Source of the DNA: a virus
Length of the DNA: 64,000 nt
Virus record (IMG/VR): IMGVR_UViG_3300048597_000133
Location: 1-64,000 of that record
Direction: 5' to 3' (one strand)
Positions 59,231 to 64,000 of this stretch are shown here, piece after piece. How positions within the stretch are numbered: the first letter of the stretch is position 1; each line of letters begins with the position of its first letter. A program made the position numbers and the translations under genes. The notes under the pieces were generated by a model. It was not told the DNA's origin. It worked only from the letters and a program-made list of their open reading frames with translations, and searched no databases.

Positions 59231-60421
59231 TCACTCGTAATCTCTGAACGTTACGCCGATGGGAAAACGTGGTAGCCCGTCGTTTGTATAGCCAAAGTGC
59301 TTGATGGTTAAGGGCGTCATTTGCGGCGGCTTGTTATTGTACAAAGCCTCTTTCTGGGCAACAGTGCCTTGCATCTTTGCTTTGAAGGCTCCGTCTTTAC
59401 TGCCAGCGATACAGACTGCAATCAGATCCTCTACGCCCCGCTGCCCCAACTCAAAGTCAAGAAAGGGGAACTCATTAGAGTCGTACTCTTTAACTTTCAA
59501 CAGGTTGGAGCTGCGCTGACCTTGGTCATAGCTGCCGTCTAGCAGGCGCACCATCACACCTTCATAGCCTTCTTGAACGTAATGGTCGTGGAGTTTTAAT
59601 ACTTCTTCTTTGTTAATGCAAAGATGCCCGGGGACTACGTGAGAATATAACCAAGAATTAGTAGCGAACAGCGAACTAATAGTCTCCCACCTTACTACTT
59701 GTGTGGAGTCAGAAACAACGTCATAGACCATATACCGTAAGGTTAGAGATTCATCTCGGTATTTCTTAACGCAGGCTACTATCTCTTGGAAGGTGAGTCC
59801 GTGTGCGTAAATCTCACCGTCTAAGATAATGGGTTTTGTAAGACTATCTTCTAGTTCCTTCGTTATGTGGGGTAAAGTGCTATACGTCTTGCCAGTGCGG
59901 GATAACATAGTGACTTTTTCCCCATCAAAGATACAAAGGCAACGGACTCCGTCGTATTTGGGCATTACAAGGCAACCATAGTTGACTTTCTTCCAGTTTA
60001 CTGACTTGGCCAGCATTGGTTTTACATTGCCCTGGGCGTCAGTCATATAGGTAGGTAAAGCCTCTTCTAAAGCGTTCTTAAGCGTTGAATAGAGTGTGTT
60101 GTTGTATGAGAAAGCGGAGGCTGTTGTTCCTTGTACCCACTCAATACCTAAATCTTCTATAGTCTTGTAGCCTTGGTCTTTCTTTTTCTTCCAGTCGGAC
60201 TCAGCCTGGCTCTTGGCTTGCTCTAAGGGAGTCGTTTGATTCGCGCGTCCCAAGTTTTTGCCTTCTTGAACATGTTCGATGTTCTCTAAGGGTTTGTCGG
60301 TGCCGTACTGTCCAGAGGTTTTGGTAATGATAGCTGTGCCGTCGGCTTGGGCAGTAACATCAATCTCCCAGAATTGTATCGCGGTCGTGCGGGTGCGTTT
60401 GTAGAGCAGGGGCAGCTTCAT
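59231..60421 (-). CDS. lig: ATP-dependent DNA ligase
   Basis: PMLA, PKYDGVR, LDGEIY, YDV, EGVMVR, LLKVK, PRFP. Confidence 0.95.
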   Translation of the reverse strand: MKLPLLYKRTRTTAIQFWEIDVTAQADGTAIITKTSGQYGTDKPLENIEHVQEGKNLGRANQTTPLEQAKSQAESDWKKKKDQGYKTIEDLGIEWVQGTTASAFSYNNTLYSTLKNALEEALPTYMTDAQGNVKPMLAKSVNWKKVNYGCLVMPKYDGVRCLCIFDGEKVTMLSRTGKTYSTLPHITKELEDSLTKPIILDGEIYAHGLTFQEIVACVKKYRDESLTLRYMVYDVVSDSTQVVRWETISSLFATNSWLYSHVVPGHLCINKEEVLKLHDHYVQEGYEGVMVRLLDGSYDQGQRSSNLLKVKEYDSNEFPFLDFELGQRGVEDLIAVCIAGSKDGAFKAKMQGTVAQKEALYNNKPPQMTPLTIKHFGYTNDGLPRFPIGVTFRDYE

Positions 60422-60425
60422 GAGA

Positions 60426-61083
60426 TTAATCAGAATAGAATGTTGTGCGTAGGTTAAGAGGGTCCGCGGCGGTGGGACTATCCATCGTACGCATAGGGAT
60501 TTTGGTTAGGTAATAGGTGGACATTAACGCTTTACTATTGCCGGATGCGTTGAGATCGACCCACCTCTCGTGGACTACTTGTGCGTAGTAGACTTCTTCT
60601 TTTTTATCCATATTCAGTTGAGAATATTGGTAGTTTTAGGCAGCTTAAAACCTTTTGTTGATAATCCGCATCCAGTCGCTGCTTAATTACCTCTGGGTTT
60701 TCCTCAGTTACTTGCTCATTAAGACTCCACGGCGTGTTGTAGATGGCTTTCCGAGCTGTCCACCTAATCCAAATAGTACCAAAGGGCGTGCCTGCAATGT
60801 ATTCATTGCAGGCTCCATAGTCTTCACTTTCAGGCCAGTGGGTCATTTCCCAATCTAGGGGTTTAACAAGGTTGTTCATGGGTTAAAGAGTAGTGGTTAT
60901 GTTCTTAATGGTTAGGGCTAGGTGCTCTACTTCGGCTTGATCTGGTCGACAGTTGTACAACCTCAATACTCCTTTGTAGAGCCTGATATCCGGCGGCAAC
61001 ATTAGCTTGGTACCTTTTTTACCAATGCTGTGGAGCCACCTTAAAGTCTCCCCGAGGTCTACTAGGGCGGTGAGGTTCGGCAT
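60426..61083 (-). CDS. Small hypothetical genes (60426-60611, 60604-60879, 60883-61083; the last may be the 3' part of an interrupted gene)
   Basis: Packed ORFs; the 60883 frame stays open upstream to the tnpB element boundary. Confidence 0.5.
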
Positions 61084-61197
61084 ATAGTAGACGTCGATTA
61101 GGTCGTTGTCGGGGAAGGTTAAGGGGGTTTGAAACTGTTGGCATAAATCTGTAGAAAATAGTAGAATCTAGTAGTAATGGTTGCACAGCGTAATTCC

Positions 61198-62406
61198 ATG
61201 AGACAAGTTGAACGAACATACATTAAGCTATCGAGTGCCTATTTCTCCACAGTGGATGATTTATCGTGGAGGGCAAAGAATTTATACAACTTAGCCAACT
61301 ACCACATCAGACAAGAGTTCTTCAAGTCTGGTGGATATATTGGATTCTTTGACCTTTATCACCTCCTAAAGGGGACAGAGGCATACTTGGACTTGCCTAC
61401 AAAGGTGTCCAAACAGATAGTTAAACGTGTTGCTCAGACCTGGAAAGGTTATTTAGCCGCACACAAAGACTGGAAGCGTAATCCACATAAGTACCTAGGA
61501 GAGCCAAAGATTCCTGGTTACTTGGATAAGGAAAAAGGACGTTATTTAATCCCGTATCCTATAGACGCAATCAGTCGTCCTGCGCTTAGAGAAGGATTCA
61601 TTAAACCGTCCATGACGAAGATGCGTATCCCAACTCAAGTCAAAGACGTTAAGGTCTGCGAGGTGCGCTTTGTGCCTAAAACAGATTGCTACGTTATGGA
61701 AGTTGTGTACGAGGTAGAAGGCAAGGAACTTACCGAGGATAATGGTGTAGTTGCTGGATTAGACCTAGGGCTTAACAACCTTTGTACAGTCGCTACCAAT
61801 CGACTCGATGTTGCCCCTCTTATTGTTAACGGAAGGGGACTAAAGTCTATAAACCAGTTCTACAACAAGACTAAAGCTGACATCCAGTCTAAGTTAAGCG
61901 GGAAGCGTAAATCCTCTGCAAGGTTGCGCCTATTAACTCAGAAGCGGAATCAGCGTGTAGATTCTGCTCTGCATCAAGCTAGTAGAAAGGTAATTGACTA
62001 CTGTGTCGAAAACCTAGTAACGACGCTTGTAGTGGGCTACAACAGCTTGTGGAAACAAGAGATTAACATCGGTAAGCGTAACAACCAGCAGTTTACTCAA
62101 ATCCCCCACCGTAAACTGATAGACCAAATCACATATAAGGCGGCGCTTGTAGGTATCAAGGTAATAGAGACAGAGGAAAGCTACACCAGCAAATGCTCTG
62201 CTTATGACCTAGAACCTGTCAAGAAGCATAAGTCCTATGTAGGTCGTAGGGTTAAGCGTGGACTGTTTAAGACTGCCACTGGATTGTTGGTTAATGCCGA
62301 CGTTAATGGAGCATTAAATTGCATCTTAAAAGTATTCAGCAACGAGGTTATCTTCGAGTTGATAGGGGCTCAGCCGTTGCGCCCTAGAGTGGTTAATCCA
62401 ATCTAA
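61198..62406 (+). CDS. tnpB: TnpB RNA-guided nuclease (IS200/IS605 superfamily), rearranged RuvC-II type; no tnpA present
   Basis: MRQVER..AKNLYN, AGLDLGLNNL (RuvC-I), LVVGYN..WKQ, EESYTSKC, NADVNGA (RuvC-III). Confidence 0.92.
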   Translation: MRQVERTYIKLSSAYFSTVDDLSWRAKNLYNLANYHIRQEFFKSGGYIGFFDLYHLLKGTEAYLDLPTKVSKQIVKRVAQTWKGYLAAHKDWKRNPHKYLGEPKIPGYLDKEKGRYLIPYPIDAISRPALREGFIKPSMTKMRIPTQVKDVKVCEVRFVPKTDCYVMEVVYEVEGKELTEDNGVVAGLDLGLNNLCTVATNRLDVAPLIVNGRGLKSINQFYNKTKADIQSKLSGKRKSSARLRLLTQKRNQRVDSALHQASRKVIDYCVENLVTTLVVGYNSLWKQEINIGKRNNQQFTQIPHRKLIDQITYKAALVGIKVIETEESYTSKCSAYDLEPVKKHKSYVGRRVKRGLFKTATGLLVNADVNGALNCILKVFSNEVIFELIGAQPLRPRVVNPI

Positions 62407-62441
62407 AAACATTACCTCGTATTTCTACAGGTTTTGTGAAC

Positions 62442-62525
62442 GGTTAGGGGACATAAGACTAGCTCAGCTAGCTGTTCCTGTTTGAGCCCCGAATCCCATC
62501 GGCTTTAGCCGTGGGAGTGGGTCAA
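62442..62525 (+). mobile_element. IS200/IS605-type right end / omega-RNA scaffold
   Basis: ggggaca-taagac-tagc..gctag-c-tgttcct stem, gaatcccatcggctttagccgtgggag hairpin, ends gtcaa. Confidence 0.75.
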
Positions 62526-64000
62526 TCTCCAAGGAATTAGAGTAGGAGTAGTTAGGTGTTGTTTAGCTAGCATAATTTTTAAGTGCGGCGCGGGCAACTG
62601 TTTCAGCAAAACCTTTAGAGTTACCAACATGGCTAGTGTAGAGCCAATAGCCTTTAAGTAAGAGTCCCTCCTCATGTGAAAACTTCTTAACTTCGCTACA
62701 CATACGCTGAGACAAAGTGTGATGCTTATTATCGTTACACCAGTTAGATAGCAGTGAGTAGAATTCCCTCAGCTTTAATTCTTTCAGTTGAGCGCCGGCT
62801 AACTTACGGCACTTGGCTTTGTCAAAAATCATCTTTTGTTTCTAATCCTGTTGGCTACAATATGTACAGCAAAGCAATAGTTAAAGTGCCTTGTGTCCGG
62901 GTCATACTTAGGATACACGTCATACTCTGACCTAATATCATTGCGTAGTTTAAAAGCCAAGTCGAAGGTAGTCATTCTACTAAAGGGCGACCTTTTCCTG
63001 CTGATGGTTTTCTTTTTAGTTAGCATCGGCCCAGATACTGTATTAAGGTGTAGTGCATCTTATTGAGAGCTGGTAGATTAGACCTATATAGCGACTCTCG
63101 GAACACATTACGCCTGGAGATGTGGGACTTTAAGTTAAACTTCAGACCGGCTGGAGCCAAACCACTATTAGGCTTCTTTAGCATAAACTGTCATATCGTT
63201 ATGATTTATATAGTTCAGGTATTCGCCTACTTCTACGTTTATATAGGTGATGTTAAACCTGCTGTCCCTTTTCATGACAGCAGCAAGTATCACGGTATAT
63301 AACTCAAGGTGCAGTTTCTGTGATACATAGCCGGGTCTACAGAGCTCATCGGATAAATTAAGTTTAGATATCATACGTGTAGTATAAGCAGACCCCGACT
63401 CGGGCAACCATCAACGTATAAACTGCTCTCATCTTTAATATGTACGGGTCAGGGAGGCATTCTTGTAGGTCTGACAGTGTATTACATACGTCGGAGCAGC
63501 AGGTAGTAGCGCCGGCCTTCACTGTGTTAGTCTTTATTAACATACTTTGGTAGTGTAAAGCGTTGTAGGTCCACCGCTAGTGATATTCGCCAGTTTACTT
63601 TAAATGAGTGCCGATACATAACTCTATATTTAAGGGTGTTTAATGTCTGCTCAAGCACACCATAGCTACAAACTGCTCTTTTATCTTTTAGGTGCGCTTT
63701 GTTAATCATTAAATCCCCTTAAATACTCATGTAATGTAAGACCTAATAATCTATGAGCTACTATTGGAGTTTTAAATAGGAACCTTTCGCACCACAATGG
63801 ACTAGCTATTCCTTCTAATACTCGGTGTAGTTTGCCATAACAAAGAAAGTTCTTTTTGCTTCTTGACTGTCTCTTTCCTAGCATACTAATAGGTAGTTAC
63901 AATGACGCCAGCGCAGGCCCAAGACAATACTGTCAGCAGAGCAACTTGCAATTTGATAGGTAGACGGTAATGATTGACCCAGTATAAGGCAATAACGCCG
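62526..64000 (-). repeat. Array 2 of small M-[LIV]-x-K genes, continuing beyond the window
   Basis: Starts 63884 MLGK, 63709 MINK, 63543 MLIK (59 aa), 63374 MISK, 63184 MLKK (54 aa), 63026 MLTK, 62832 MIFDK, 62573 MLAK (cut by the IS end); each overlaps the previous stop by 4-17 nt. Confidence 0.8.

Noticed and set aside
61105-61135. CRISPR-like repeat ending in GAAAC next to tnpB
   Set aside because: Single copy, no repeat-spacer periodicity; I found no CRISPR array in the window.
62443-62486. Minus-strand frame LKQEQLAELVLCPLT as part of the interrupted gene
   Set aside because: The sequence is better explained as the IS right-end stem-loops, and a TAA lies in frame just upstream.
54645-64000. 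Integron-like or DGR-driven cassette array
   Set aside because: Genes overlap with no room for attC-like sites, and I saw no template/variable repeat pair or reverse transcriptase in the window.

Overview
This 64 kb window looks like part of a large dsDNA phage genome, probably infecting a cyanobacterium (cyanobacterial-type tRNA-Val half, integrase and TnpB). Almost all genes are on the minus strand. It encodes a largely autonomous replication and nucleotide toolkit: class I RNR alpha and beta carrying three inteins, a family A polymerase C-terminal half split by two group I introns with LAGLIDADG genes, a DnaG-like primase, a DnaX-like clamp loader, a probable DnaN-like clamp, two SF2 helicases, RecB- and RuvC-like nucleases, an ATP-dependent ligase and HU. 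It also carries a tyrosine integrase beside a candidate attP made of a promoter, the 5' half of tRNA-Val(UAC) and a terminator; three peptidoglycan hydrolases; three parallel tail-fibre cassettes; an rIIA-like GHKL ATPase; and a TnpB element. The most unusual feature is a set of about 30 short (mostly 54-89 aa), largely overlapping ORFs that nearly all begin M-[LIV]-x-K, in arrays at 54.6-58.6 kb and 62.5-64 kb, with decaying copies. All calls come from reading motifs by eye; no database searches were run.
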